NCBI GenBank assembly: GCA_032718475.1
Contig: JAUCBJ010005359.1
Coordinates: forward strand, 21,582 to 85,581
Reading direction: 5' to 3'
Origin: Nemertoderma westbladi
Taxonomy: Eukaryota; Animalia; Xenacoelomorpha
DNA: 64,000 bases
Positions 1 through 12,796 of the stretch are shown here, piece by piece (the stretch's first letter is position 1; each line of letters starts with the position of its first letter). Under the pieces are notes generated by a model. That model had not been told where the DNA came from, did no database searches, and was given only the letters and a program-made list of their open reading frames with translations. The position numbers and the translations under genes were made by a program.

Positions 1-1
1 C

Positions 2-762
2 GAATTCGCCCAAAAGGAAGCTGTTTCTTTGGGCTGTATTCGACTAGAAACATGCGCTAAACCTTCCTCTTTCACGAAGCACTTTGAGTCAACTCTCTCG
101 AACGTAACGCTAATTCATGACTGGCATTGTTTAATTCTCAGTGGCGATCCCTTTCTCAGATTGGCGTCTGAATCTCAACTCTCACAACCAGGGTTCCGTA
201 TTCGAGAAGCCGTCTCTCAGGACGTACAAGCTATTGGGACCTTTATTATAGAACTGTCGGAATATGAACAGATGCGCGATAAATGTTTGGTAACGGAGGA
301 CCTTTTACGAAGGTTCGGGTTTGGTTTAGAGCCTCCAGTATTCAGTTGTTTGATGGTGGAAGTCGATGATTCTGTGTTCAACGAGCTAGGTTCCGGCCTT
401 ACTGACGTTACCGGTAGATGCGACACAGGTTGGCTTGGCATACGATAGGCCATGCTTTGTACTACCACGGTTACTGTTTACCGTACGGTCGGTTAGTGTA
501 CGTAGAGGACTTGTACATTCGAATGCCGTTCCGTAAACGCGGTTACGGTTTGGCTCTTATGTCCGCCGTGGCTGCGGCTGGTAGGACCGAAGGGGCAGTC
601 TGCTTCGGTTGGATATGTCTGGGATGGAACCAAACCGCAATGGAGTTCTACGACCGATTAGGAGCTGTTGACATCACCAAGGAACACGGGATCGCTTATC
701 ATAAAATCGAGGGGGATAATTGGTCCGATTTAACTTCTAATAAATTTGTTAAGAAAGATTGA
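2..762 (+). CDS. Spermidine/spermine N1-acetyltransferase-like (GNAT) protein, probably tandem-domain; 5'-partial; frameshifted near 430-439
   Basis: Frame open from the window edge. FRIREAVSQDVQAIGTFIIELSEYEQM is SSAT N-terminal-like; the second frame gives GHALYYHGY...YVEDLYIRMPFRKRGYG...WNQTAMEFYDRLGA (GNAT motifs A/B). The upstream part (EFAQKEAVSLGC...WHCLILSGDPFLRLA) resembles the C-terminus of another GNAT domain. Removing one TTGGC copy at 430-439 joins the frames. Confidence 0.8.
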
Positions 763-1408
763 TTAATTAAATTCAAATGTGATCTAATCTAACTATAATG
801 AAGTGATGGAGGCGCGGCAGGGGTATGCGTGCGGTACGACTGGGACCTTTCTGCAGTATAACTGTAAGCCTCCATCCAACAGCTACAATCATAACTTCCC
901 ATCAGAAGCCATAATTATTGGCTTCCGTCGGGCATTATGGCTTCCGATCGGTCGCTGATGGCTCACATTTTTGACGGTCACACATTTTTACCCCCCCCCC
1001 CCCCCCCCCCCCTCCCACATGCCCACCCATAGCTGTGTGTGAGCGTAGCTTGCTAGTACAGTTATGTTGTAGTAAAAATATATTAATAAATTTATTAATA
1101 ATGTATATCTGTACTATTATACTGTAATGATGTATATAACAAATAATAATTGTAGATTCAGTTTCTACTAAATATACAATCACCAAGTTAAATGTATATC
1201 TTTATTGAAGAAATTCCCCCAATATTGTGTAAGAAAAGTAACTACCACGTGACCTGTGCTTTAGCATATCATTCCGACTGATAGGTCAGGGAGTGTGTTA
1301 TTCTCGTAAGTATGGTTCATAGACTGTACATTACATCTCTCAGTAATAATTATATTTTATGTAGTATCAGTTTCATTTAGGGGTTAATTAACATTAAATT
1401 CGTTTACA

Positions 1409-2767
1409 ATGGATAAATTACCCGAGTTCCACCTTCCTGACAAGCCACTTCTGCAACAATTAGTGCACGAAGAGTTACTTCCTTTCATACTGAACAAGTC
1501 GGCGGTTCTCGCGGTAATGGATGTGTTTAAAAAGGAAATGGCCGATAATCTAGCCAGAACTCAAACCGGACATAAAAACACCAGTGGATTGAAAATGGGC
1601 AACACCTATCTAACTGAATTTCTCGACGGCACAGAGAATGGGGGATTCATGGGCCTGGATCTTGGCGGAACAAACTTCCGCGTGACTTATATTGAGTTGG
1701 CCGATCGGAGAGTTGTTAGGGAGTTGTTGCATAAAGACACAGTACCGGAAGCGGCGATGTGTGGGACCGTGGATGAGTTGATGGACTACATCGCAGGGAG
1801 TATAAACAGGTTTATAGATAAGGAGAGTTTGTTTAAGGAATCCCGCATTCCGCTTGGTTTTACATTTAGCCTTCCAACCGTGCAACAGGCACTGGATAGC
1901 GCCACACTTATAGTCTGGACGAAAAACTTCCGAATAACCAACGGATTAGGCGAGGAAATGGTCGCGAAGTTTCGAAGCTCCATAACCAGACGTCAGTTGC
2001 AACATAAAGTCGATGTGGTCGCCATTCTCAATGATACAACGGGAACACTGGTCGCTGGAAACTACAAGAATCAAAGATGTAAGGTAGGCGTCATAATAGC
2101 TACCGGAAGTAACGCTTGCTACATGGAGAACGCAACCGGAAGTAACGCCAACAATACCGGAAGTAGCGTTATTGAGACCGACTGGGGAGCCGTGGCGGAC
2201 AACGGGTGTATAGATTGGTTGCTAACCGGCATCGATAGGGATTTAGACAGGGATTCTAATCATCCCGACTCATTCCGGTTCGAGAAACTATTCAGTGGAT
2301 TCTACCAGGGGGAGATAGTTCGTAAGATACTAGTGGACCTATCGCGTAAAGGGGTCCCTTTACTACCGGAAGTTGTCAGTCGCTACGATCATCCTTACTC
2401 ATTGACAACTAAAACTGTAGCGGCTGTATGCGAGGGGACTCGACACTCAGAGGTCATTGACCTAAGACAATGTGACGAGGTCACTGACCTCGTACTCAGA
2501 CGTATCTGCGAAGTTGTAACACACCGGGGCGCTATCCTAGTTGCTGCGGCAACGGCGGCCCTATTGGCCCGCATTGGCCATCCAACTGTTATCGCAGTTG
2601 ATGGTTCGTTGTATGACCACCACGCAATCTTTCGTCGCTGTCTCCATGGCTACTTGGGGGCGTTGAGTCCGATTGAGGCAGAGTTTATCTCGGTACCAGA
2701 CGGGTCCGTATTGGGGGCGGCTTTAGTGGCGGCCATAGCCCAGAGACAGACACGCAACGCTCTCTAA
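1409..2767 (+). CDS. HK: Hexokinase, single-domain ~50 kDa type, intronless, divergent
   Basis: 452-aa ORF with LDLGGTNFRV, LGFTFSLP, WTK, ILNDTTGT, TGSNACYME, FEKLFSG, VDGSLY and DGSVLGAALVAA motifs. Confidence 0.95.
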   Translation: MDKLPEFHLPDKPLLQQLVHEELLPFILNKSAVLAVMDVFKKEMADNLARTQTGHKNTSGLKMGNTYLTEFLDGTENGGFMGLDLGGTNFRVTYIELADRRVVRELLHKDTVPEAAMCGTVDELMDYIAGSINRFIDKESLFKESRIPLGFTFSLPTVQQALDSATLIVWTKNFRITNGLGEEMVAKFRSSITRRQLQHKVDVVAILNDTTGTLVAGNYKNQRCKVGVIIATGSNACYMENATGSNANNTGSSVIETDWGAVADNGCIDWLLTGIDRDLDRDSNHPDSFRFEKLFSGFYQGEIVRKILVDLSRKGVPLLPEVVSRYDHPYSLTTKTVAAVCEGTRHSEVIDLRQCDEVTDLVLRRICEVVTHRGAILVAAATAALLARIGHPTVIAVDGSLYDHHAIFRRCLHGYLGALSPIEAEFISVPDGSVLGAALVAAIAQRQTRNAL

Positions 2768-3252
2768 ATCAATCAATCAATAGCAATTATGATTAATATT
2801 ACTAATTAATTTAATGGTTTTATAATTAATTTATTTTAGATTATTTTCGTGGTTGTGGGTGTTTCATTACTGAATGCTATGCATAAACCAGTATCGGGCA
2901 ATCAGAAGGGATATTTTATATTATTATTTTCAAGATACAAATTGACAACATTGAAATTGAAAATCGAGGACATAATAGTATAGTATGATAAATGAAATAA
3001 TACATTTTATTAACTTTTCTTAGAACTAGGAAAAAGTATAATTAAATAAATAAGTAAATTTTAAAAAATCAAAAAAATTAAGGCAACATTTACAAGAACT
3101 CATCCTTCGATGACGATCCCCATGTATTTTCCCACGACGTTCTTGTGATATACCTGGAAAATCGAGATGAACAACACTGCGAGGAATACGTAAATGGAGC
3201 TGCGTTCACATCTTCATAATTTCATCCGAATGGGAGGACTTCAAGATAGATC

Positions 3253-3640
3253 ATGTCTCCATTACTATTCATAATCGTATTGGATTACGCCATGAGGACA
3301 GCCACAACAGGTGAAGGTATTGTGTTCACACTACAAGAACGCAGGAGTAGTAGATATACGGCAACTACAGTCACAGACACCGACTTTGAGGATGACATCG
3401 CCCTGCTCTCTAATACGCTAGCAGATGCACAGCTTCTACTAAATAAAGTGGAGAGGGCTGCTAAGTAGGTTGGATTGCATATAAATGCTACCAAGACCGA
3501 ATTACACTTTTCCATAGTAATTACTTTTTCATGTTAATGGAATCCTGACAACCATCGACAATGATAAGAGGATTGGCGACTTCCTTTCCATTGGGAAATG
3601 AGAGAACTGCAGAACAGACAGAAATTAAGAAAGCAAGGTA
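3253..3640 (+). mobile_element. Degenerate non-LTR retrotransposon (RTE-like) reverse transcriptase fragment
   Basis: SPLLFIIVLD...DFEDDIALLS...(stop)VGLHINATKTE matches LINE RT motifs, with an in-frame stop. Confidence 0.7.
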
Positions 3641-5211
3641 TGAGTAGCTTTCAATTCATTCATTGTGTATTCACATTAGACCTGAAGAAAGCCTCGAACG
3701 AAGTAAGGCAGAAATCTCGTCAATGAACTACGTTTTGTTTGTGGGAAGTTGACCTTCAAGTTTTACTAGATCGCCTACTTACTATCATATATAGTCAGAT
3801 GTAAATATAAAGTTATCTGTAATTATAAAACTAAAATGTTACATATCTTTCCTATAAAAACAGCCGTGGTAAGAAAGGCTGTACGAAATTTTGTAGTATT
3901 TGAGTGAAATGCAGGGTTGAGGGGGGCAAATTTTGCATAAGTCTGAGCCTAGAAAATAGATTTCTAAGGGTGCTTGTGAAATCGCGCTTTCAATAGAAAC
4001 TTCTCAACGTTTTTTATTTAGACAACAAGACCTGGGATTCACAATTCACATCATGTATCAACAGGTGCTCATGAAAGATTGACAGTGGGGGCCTAGTAAT
4101 GCTAGTCAATGGATATGACCAAACTGCAACCAGCAAACTTCGCCCGCGAGCAATCTTCGCCCTCGTTTAACCTCGTTTATTGTTTTGGTTAGAAAAATTC
4201 GTCTCTAACCTATCGTGTCTTTAACCTGCCCCTTTCCCCCAATCGGGCGACGGTTGGACGCGGGCGAAGATTGCACCCAACCTCTCAATCTACACCCCAA
4301 CCCAAAGGATTGATGACAGGCAGGTATTGACCGAGAATTTGTGTTTTAAAAGTAATAGATTGTAGGTGTGGAGGCGACCCAATTTGTAAGAAATATTAAA
4401 ACTTACCTTATTGCCCGTGGACTGGGCAGGAGGGAGGATGGAATGTTCCCTACTGTACTTCTATGGGGAGTGGAGATCGAAGTGGCGCGGAGAAATGGGG
4501 AAGGAGAAGGGGAAGTTAATTATGTTTAGATAAATTAAAAACACATCACTTATCGCAAATTACTTGCACTAATTAACAACTATAATGGAAAGGGGTAGGG
4601 GGATTCCAGATAATTTACTCTTATAGTAGAAAATAATTAATTTCCATGAAAGGACACTGACAGGACTTTGAAAATGTAGTTTTTACAGCAATTAATGTAA
4701 TTAACTAATTAACTGCTTTTATATTAAATTTTCGAAGGCCACACGTAAATTGTACCTAGGAAAAATTTCTGCGTATTTCGGGACGACACTAAGTTAATTA
4801 GGGCCTAATTATTAATGTTTACAATGGTGAAGAAGCTTGTGTATTAGAAATCCATTTTATTCTTTAATTGTTACTTTTTCGTTCAAGTAGTATACCCTAA
4901 AATTGGGAGAAAAAAAGTAACATACCATAGCATTGCATCAATTTTTACTTTTTTTTTATTGGCGAACAAAGTAAAATAAATATTTTATTCTTAGATTTAA
5001 CCCATAGTAACACAAAAAAAGTAACCCATAGGGTTGCATTAATTTTCTTTTTTCCCGGCGAAAAAATTAAAATAAAATATTTTTGGTGGAGTTTCTTAAA
5101 TTTTATTAGGCCTACATCTGCTGTGAGCGTCCACGTAGAAAAGGTTTGCACGTGCTGTAATTTGATCAAAATCCATTCAAACACTCAAAAGTTATTGCGA
5201 CTTTAGTGTCT

Positions 5212-5330
5212 ACGCGGCGTACTCCAAAACAGAACTTAATATCCTATATTGCTTTATGTTGTTAATCGGCTCTCTAGTTAGGTAATAAATATTCGAGAAC
5301 TTTAAATTATTTAACATTGAGTATTTGAAA
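5212..5330. repeat. Dispersed repeat family; other copies at ~10980-11260 and ~57445-57730
   Basis: Shared sequence ggcgtactccaaaac...aatatcc(a/t)atattg...ctctctagtta...aaatattcgagaac...ttgagta at three sites. Confidence 0.65.
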
Positions 5331-6485
5331 TACTAAATAAACAAATACATTTAAAATAGGCCCTGATACACCACAGGAGCGGTATCGGCTAGCGGCCACT
5401 TTTTAAAAATAGAACATAACGGGTGATGATACAGCATAAATGGCCGTTGTAGGTCGCCGCTTCAGCCCACTGCCCTTTTATAACTTGCTATATTTGTTGA
5501 GCGGCGAGCGTCGGCGGTCAGCGGTTTCTGTATTGTGTTCATCAATAAAATATTGGACCTGATCACATTTTTTACTCTGTACCAACAACTGCAGACTCGT
5601 TATAATTTTTATGCAACTACGGTGTCACAAGGACCATGGCACTAGTGATAGTGTGTGTTTTTAGCAAAACATTATTTTTGAACTACCATTGCAAATAATG
5701 CAATGGTCGGGGTATCAGGCCCTGTGATTATATATGATCCTGGGTAAATATTAACTGTATACGTCATTGTTCATAAAATAGCACTTTATAGTGTTACGGC
5801 ACGAGTGATTTTGTGAAATAACAAAACGAGGGCCGTAAACGCTTTACAGTGCTAATTATGAACAATGGCGAAACTAATTTTATTTATTTGTGGGGAATTA
5901 TTTATAGTTATGCACTTAAACTTTCTAGAACAACTTATTAATGACGCGGTGACATATTGGATATACATAGTAAAATGTATGGCGTAGGGACATACTGAGA
6001 AATAATGTCGCACTGCGATATAAAGCTGGAAAATATGTTGCCCTGGCGATTTGGTAGTGCGAAATTAATTCCGTACAAATAAATCAAAAAATGTAGGCCT
6101 ACTCCTTGGAATATATTTAGTTGCGAGTAATGCACGGACATGGGGGCCTTTTCCGTCATCACGATTCAATGTGTAGCAATGGCTGCTTTGGGTTACAACT
6201 CTCTGCCTGAATTTTGAAACACAACTAGTTCAACACAGCGTCGATGTCAAGACTGATTTTGCCTTTAATAAATACAGTAGTTAAGATGACACAAAACAAT
6301 TCGTCTTAAAAAAAATAGAGTAAAATTTAAAAGCTCCAAACATGTTGTGTTACAAATTTCCAACAATATTACAAATATTTATGGAAAAATATCAGAGTGG
6401 ATGGGGGAGATGCCTCAGAATCATCAGAAAATCGCACTTTACTGTAGGATGAGTACCGGTACTACAGTACTACTGAATTATATTC

Positions 6486-9400
6486 AATAGTGGGTTGGTG
6501 ACTTAAAAAAATAGTTTTCTATAAACACGTTCATAAAATGTAAAAAGGTGTGCTGATTACGAATCTGAAAACCGTTTTTAATTTCATCGAATTCCGGCTG
6601 AGATTGAAGGGACACCAGCGCGGGAATATCTTAGTTTAAACGCTCTGAGTTACTGTTCCACTTTCTGTTCCACTGTGTCGCTAGCCGCTAGGCAATATTC
6701 ACTAGCTAACAACAGCATACAGTTTACTATTGTTTGATGCAGGCTAATTTTAGTTATAAAGATTAAGATATTTATATTATTAGTTTGACATGTAATGTTC
6801 ATTGTTCAAGATTATTTTTATTCGTTTGTAGCGGCACTGTAGGGGTTGTCCTACCTAGTATTATAGGCCTACAACGCCTACTGAATTTACGAATGTTATT
6901 AGGACTACAAGTTTTGGACCTTATTCTTTCTGTAAAAATGTTTTAAACCATATCCACGGTATTTTTAAACCTGAAATTTCACATCGAATGTAAACGCTGC
7001 GCATTTATTTATGAAAAATTGAATTTATGATTTCTTCTACTTGAGTTCATGCAATTGGGAACAAAGCAATAAGAACCAAAGAACGGTGAAGATTTCGCCA
7101 TGTTTGTGTTGCTGTCAGTGTGCGAAACTGCAAACACAGTTGATTGATAAAGTTGGACCTTATATTTTCTTTAAATTTCCTATTTATTTTTACTATGTTT
7201 CAATATTATTAAATATATCCGCATTCATTGGTTGTGTGGGTTTAATATAACTAATATGTTGCTTTAAACAAACATAGGTATAGCTATCCATCACCATCGT
7301 GTTCTAGGACAGAATCGCTATACACTGTGATATTATTATCATAAATGCGTTCAATTCTTATATGTGAAATTTCAGGTTTAAAAAAAACTGTGAAGATGGT
7401 TTATTAGCATTTTACAGAAAGAATAAGGTCCAAAACTTCTATGTAGCCCTAATAACATTCGTGAATACAGAAGGTCGATACACTAGGCAAGACAACCCGT
7501 CCTACAATGCCACTATAAACGAATAAAAATAATCTTAAACAATGAACATTACATTGTTGTGTCAAACTAATTTAAAAATATCTTAATCTTTATAACTAAA
7601 ATTAGCCTGCATCAAACAATAGTAAACTGTATGCTGTTAGCTAGTGAACCTAGCGACACAGTGGAACAGAAAGTGGTACAGTAACTCAGAGCGTTTAAAC
7701 TAAGATATTCCCACGCTGGTGATAGATAGATAGATTTATTTATACACTAGCAGGCAATACCCGAGGCATGTTACCTGGTATTTCCCGCTACTGGCATAGG
7801 CCTACTGGCGTACTGGTACCGGTATAGGCCTACTGACATACCGGTACTTAGTACCGGTACCGAACGTGAATTAAACTTTTCGAAAAGTGGCCTATAACGA
7901 CCGCTGGTTAAAGTTATACACACATGCCAAGTTCCAGCGCAATCCCTCTGCCCGTTTTGGTGGAGTTCGAACACAGAGAGAGAGAGATAATTTGATTTTT
8001 ATAGGTATAGATTATGTAAAAACAATAACAAATACACCAAACAATGTAACCGGTATAAAAGGTATTGTCCAACATAACATATAGGATTACCCCTAAAGCT
8101 TTGCAGCTTATTTCCAAGGGGGTCCTTTATGTTACTTGGTTACAAATACAATATTACACTACGCTAACCTAAAACCAATATAAAACGTAATTACACTATG
8201 TACATGTACAACTTTACCGAGAGCGTGGCAATGTCCGACTCAACGATAAAGATGTAATGTACAGAACAATTTATTATAAAACGTAATTACAGTATAAATA
8301 GTAAATAAATTAATAAACTAATAACTTACTGTAGGACTATTGTACCTATTTTTACATTGCACACGGAGGTGAGATTTAACTGCAGATTTAAAAGAATGTT
8401 GATTATCTAGGTTTTTAATTTCATTAGGCAGAGCGTTCCAATTTTTAATGCCGTTAAAAAAGAAAGTATCAGATTCAAAGGATTTACAATTCGGGAGGTA
8501 GAAGTTTGAAGCGCTAGCTCTGGTACTGTAAGAGTGTGTATCGCGTACTCTGTTGAATTTTTGTTTTAGGTAATTGGGACATTTACCATTATACACTGGT
8601 GCACATGGTTAAGGCGTAGCTCTACTATCTAAGTTAAGTAGTCCAGATTCAGAAAAGTCATCTGGAGTTAGGTGGTGCCTAGGTTTGTAGTCTTTAATAA
8701 ATCGTACAACTTTATTCTGAGCTACTTGTAATTTACATTTAAGCTGTTTGGTTAAGCCTTCATACCAAGAAGAGCACGCATAGTCCATGTGACACTGTAT
8801 TAAAGAAGAGCAAAGTAACTTGCGGGAGTCGGTGTTTAAACTATTTTTATTTCTGTATAGAAACCTAAGCCTACTGTTAACTTTCGAGAAAATATTTTTC
8901 ACTGTACTTTCTCCTGATAAGCAGTTATCCAATGTGGCGCCTAAATATTTAACTTCCTTTTTATTTTCAATCTTATGTCCATTACTAGTGACTTCAAATT
9001 TAGTTACCTTCTTTAACTTTCTTTTGGAACCAAACAAAATACTTTCAGTCTTACCGTAGTGAATGGATAGCTTATTATCAACCAACCACTCATTACAGGA
9101 TTCTAGAACTGCACTTAACTTTTGGGAAATATGGATAGGATCTTTATGAGAGAAAATAAGAGCACTGTCGTCGGCATATAAAATGAGTTTAAAATCGGGA
9201 TCTATACTACTTATCATATCATTTACATAGCATACAAAAAGCAGAGGACCTAATATACTACCTTGCGGTACACCACAGGTAATCTCTTGTACAGTAGACT
9301 GCGATTTGCTAATGACTACAGTTTGACCTCTGTCTGACAGGTAGGACTTGAATTCAGTATAACCCCTTCAATTTCAGCCGAAACTCGATGAAATTAAAAA

Positions 9401-9489
9401 CGGTTTTCAGATTCGTGATCAGCACACTTTTTTACATTTTATGAACGTGTTTATAGAAAATTATATTTTTGAGTCACCAACCCTATTGG
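6486..9489. mobile_element. Foldback/palindromic TIR element interrupted by a ~1.6-kb insertion
   Basis: 6486-6611 is the reverse complement of 9363-9489, and ~6615-7005 is the reverse complement of ~7345-7721. Confidence 0.75.
8140..9351 (-). mobile_element. 5'-truncated CR1/L2-like LINE (RT C-terminal half and 3' end)
   Basis: FKSYLSDR...GVPQGSILGPLLF...YADD...KYLG...MDYACSSW, then HSYSTR...WNALPNEIK...FKSAVK; frame break near 8610. Confidence 0.85.
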
Positions 9490-9650
9490 AACTAGTGAGA
9501 TCTATAATCAATTTTCAATACTCTTTAATTAATTTACGTATATAATTAATTCTAGAACCATTACAAGTAAATTACATTTAATAAGTTACAAATTATGTAA
9601 ATTACATAATATGGCCGCTCGCGGCTCCTCTGGTGTATCATGGCCTTATA

Positions 9651-10948
9651 GTCGAGTCAATCTAGCAAAAAACCCATAAGTATTTCGCAATCAATCCGAA
9701 CCACACATTTTGGATTCTATATTACCTTATTAATGACCAAAAAAAGTCTAAGATTGTATTTTGCGGATCATATGTTTATTCACGGAAATTCTGCGAAAAT
9801 TTGCATAACACAAGCCAAACAAAAGGAACAGTAAGGCAAAGTAAGTAGCAAATTGGTGATGTTCCAGAATAATTTAATGAATTTCACAATAAGCTGTGAT
9901 TCAATGGGAAATTAGTAATATTTACATTGCATCAAATTTTTAAATATATCAAAAACTTCACGATATACACCATGTCCCGTAATATAGTGTCATTTTCGGA
10001 TGAATATTGCTTGAAATTTGAAACACCAATAGTTCCACTCACCGTCGATGACCCTAGTTCCACTCACCGTCGATGACCCCATGAAGCCGGAATTTTCGAT
10101 TTTGAAGCGTTTTTATAAGCGTTTTAAAAAAGTGTCTTTTGCGAAATAGTACCCTCCGTATCGTGGCCATTCTTCACATTAGTCGTAATTTCTTCATATC
10201 ATTAAAAAGCAAAAGACACTTTTTTAAAACGCTTATAAAAAAGAATTTAAAGGCAAAATCGAAAATTCCGGCTTCATGAGTGAAACTAGTGGTGTTTCAA
10301 ATTTCAAGCAATATGATAAAGATTTGTAGAAAAATCTGGGGGGGGGGGGGGGGTCCGTGTCATCCGAAAATGACACTATATTACGGGACATGGTGTATTA
10401 AGGTAACCGTTGTAAAAAAATTATACAATTCCACTGCAAGGAAATTTCATAATTTCCATTATGATAGTGAAGATTTTTCACATAATTAAATAATGATTGC
10501 TCTATTGATTTTAGGTGTAATTTATTTATTTGTTTTAGTTTGAAAACCACAATAGTTTATCATATAACAAATACATTTTTTGGGGATACAGGTTTTTGAG
10601 GTCGATAATTCCGATGGGCGAGGTTACATCCACCCGTTTAGTAGAGAAGTTGTGTAAATAAGGTCCTTATATTGTACCAGCAAAATTGGTATTAAAAATG
10701 GTGAAATTATTAGACAAATTTCCGTTGCTCTGGAAACTAAATTGGTAACCATATAGAAGTGCATACTTCTGTCAATCGATAGTCATTAGAGTAAAGTTTG
10801 TCTGCACGAAATTTGGAGAAATCCCACCAATAGACCCCTTGTTGCTATGTAAAATCCATGTTGCTAAGGAAAGAAACAGGAAATTGAAGGTGAATTGCGA
10901 ATGAATTTGTTATGGGTTGACCCCCTTTTTCGGCTAGATTGACTCGCC
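9651..10948. mobile_element. Putative TIR element hosting the Tc1/mariner-type MITE
   Basis: cgagtcaatctagc at ~9653 is inverted relative to gctagattgactcg at ~10933. Confidence 0.4.
9968..10395. mobile_element. Tc1/mariner-type MITE, copy 1
   Basis: TIR caccatgtcccgtaatatagtgtcattttcggatga at both ends, TA TSD; related copy at 62017-62775. Confidence 0.85.
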
Positions 10949-11299
10949 CATTAAGGAATTGTCTTTTTTTGTGTCTGCTCGGCGTACTCCAAAACGGAAG
11001 TCAATATCCAATATTGCATTGGTTTAAGTAGTTAAGCGGCTCTCTAGTTACGTATTAAATATTCGAGAACACTAAATTATTTAAAATTGAGTAAGGCAGC
11101 ATCAGGAGTTGAATAGTACAGTAATTTAATGCAATGTAACTATGGGAGCAATATATTAAAATACTGTAGGCCTATAGTTCGATTTATTTTGTAACACTAT
11201 ATCGCTCTACTCTATCTTTTATTAAAGAATTGATCAACAAAATAGTACCAATTTAATAAGGTAACAGTTCCGTATAGAACTTCATTTTTATAACATAAA

Positions 11300-11917
11300 T
11301 CATTGTTACCATGGCAACAGTGAAGAGTTCTAGAACAAAAAATATATAATATACACTATTCTAGAACAAAAATAAAATAAAAAAAATTATCTTTCTAGAA
11401 AATATAGCCAGTAATTTTTTAAATTTAAAATAGGTAGTAATAAAAAAAAATTTATTTATTTATATTATTATTTAAAAATTTATCTACCGGTACCAAATTG
11501 TATTATTTGTTAAATTTACTAGCCATTTTAAAATTAAAAGAACTAGCTATATGTTTTAGAACATTATTATTTTTTATTTTATTTATGTAATATTATATGT
11601 ATTATACACTATTCTAGAGCATAAATAATACAAATAATATAATGTTCTAGAACATATAGCTAGTTATTTTTCAAATTTAAAATAGCTAGTAATACAAAAA
11701 AATTATTTATTTCTACAGTATTATTTATTTACTAGAAAATTTATCTACCAAATTTGATATTTTTTAAATTTACTAGGCTCTAGCTATTTTAAAATTAAAA
11801 AAAAACTAGCTATATGTTCTCGAACATAATATTTTTTATTTTATTTATGTTATAGAATAGTATATAATACTTTTCTATTGTTCTAGAACACTTCAATGTT
11901 GCCATAGTAACAATGAC
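11300..11917. mobile_element. AT-rich palindromic MITE-like element
   Basis: tcattgttaccatggcaac...ttctagaacaa is inverted relative to ttgttctagaa...gttgccatagtaacaatga; internal inverted repeats. Confidence 0.65.
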
Positions 11918-12565
11918 ATGAGTTCGTTATATCAACCAGAAGGCCCTATTTACTGTAGCATTTTAATGATTCTCGGGAAACACTATTCTCTTTTATAAAA
12001 ACTAGCTAGTCCGATACACTATGTTTCACTTTGTGCGTAGAAAACGTTCTGGGGCACTATAGTAGAAAATACTGTATAATATTGGCCATTTTTTATATTT
12101 GTATGTTTTGTTCACGATTCACGAATATTTTCGCTATTATATACCAACTTTCTAGAACTATGTTCCAGACCTCTTAAAAAGGTTACAGAAAAAATACTGG
12201 AACATTTTTATAAACCAGCAAACATGTTCTAGAACAACAATTTAAAAATAACCAAAAACTAACTAGTATATTAATTTTGAACTGTTTTAAAAAATGTAAT
12301 TGAATTACTGTACAAAAATTATAGTTAACGAACATACTACCTACAGTAGTATTAAAAATACCTTATATTATGTAATTTTCTATATTACAGTAGGTAGGCC
12401 TAACTGAAACAAGAAATTGCTTGCTACTGTATAATACACTCTGTTATTAATAGCAACCAATTATATATTTATTATAATAATAGTTTATCTCAATCATATA
12501 ATTTCATTGTTATTTTATACTACTATATATCTTTGTATTATTCAAGTATCATTCAAGCATTCATT

Positions 12566-12796
12566 ATGACAAAAGCCGTGAAGAAAGGTGGTTCTCGAAA
12601 AAAGCGACCGGTGACTGCATATATACTTTTTGCCAAAAACCTGTGGGACGACCTCAAGAGAACAGGCCAACAGTTATCCGTACCGGAATTCGGAAAATTC
12701 GCTGGTAAGAAATGGAGGAGTTTATCTGCCAGTCAGAAAAAACCATTCGTGGATAAGGCCGGGAGCTACAGAAAACGAAACCAGAAGCGTCGATGA
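12566..12796 (+). CDS. Small basic single HMG-box protein (76 aa)
   Basis: KRPVTAYILF...SVPEFGKFAGKKWRSLSASQKKPFVDKA matches the HMG-box consensus; K/R-rich termini; ATG at 12566. Confidence 0.85.
   Translation: MTKAVKKGGSRKKRPVTAYILFAKNLWDDLKRTGQQLSVPEFGKFAGKKWRSLSASQKKPFVDKAGSYRKRNQKRR

Larger units (their letters stand above)
5359..9646. mobile_element. Putative outer non-autonomous TIR element enclosing nested insertions
   Basis: aggccctgatacaccacaggagc...agcggcca at ~5359 is an imperfect inverted repeat of tggccgct...gctcctctggtgtatcatggcct at ~9612-9646. Confidence 0.45.

Noticed and set aside
29-170. Possible antizyme-like segment with programmed +1 frameshift
   Set aside because: Better explained as a GNAT C-terminus; required shift is -1/+2 and is accounted for by the TTGGC duplication
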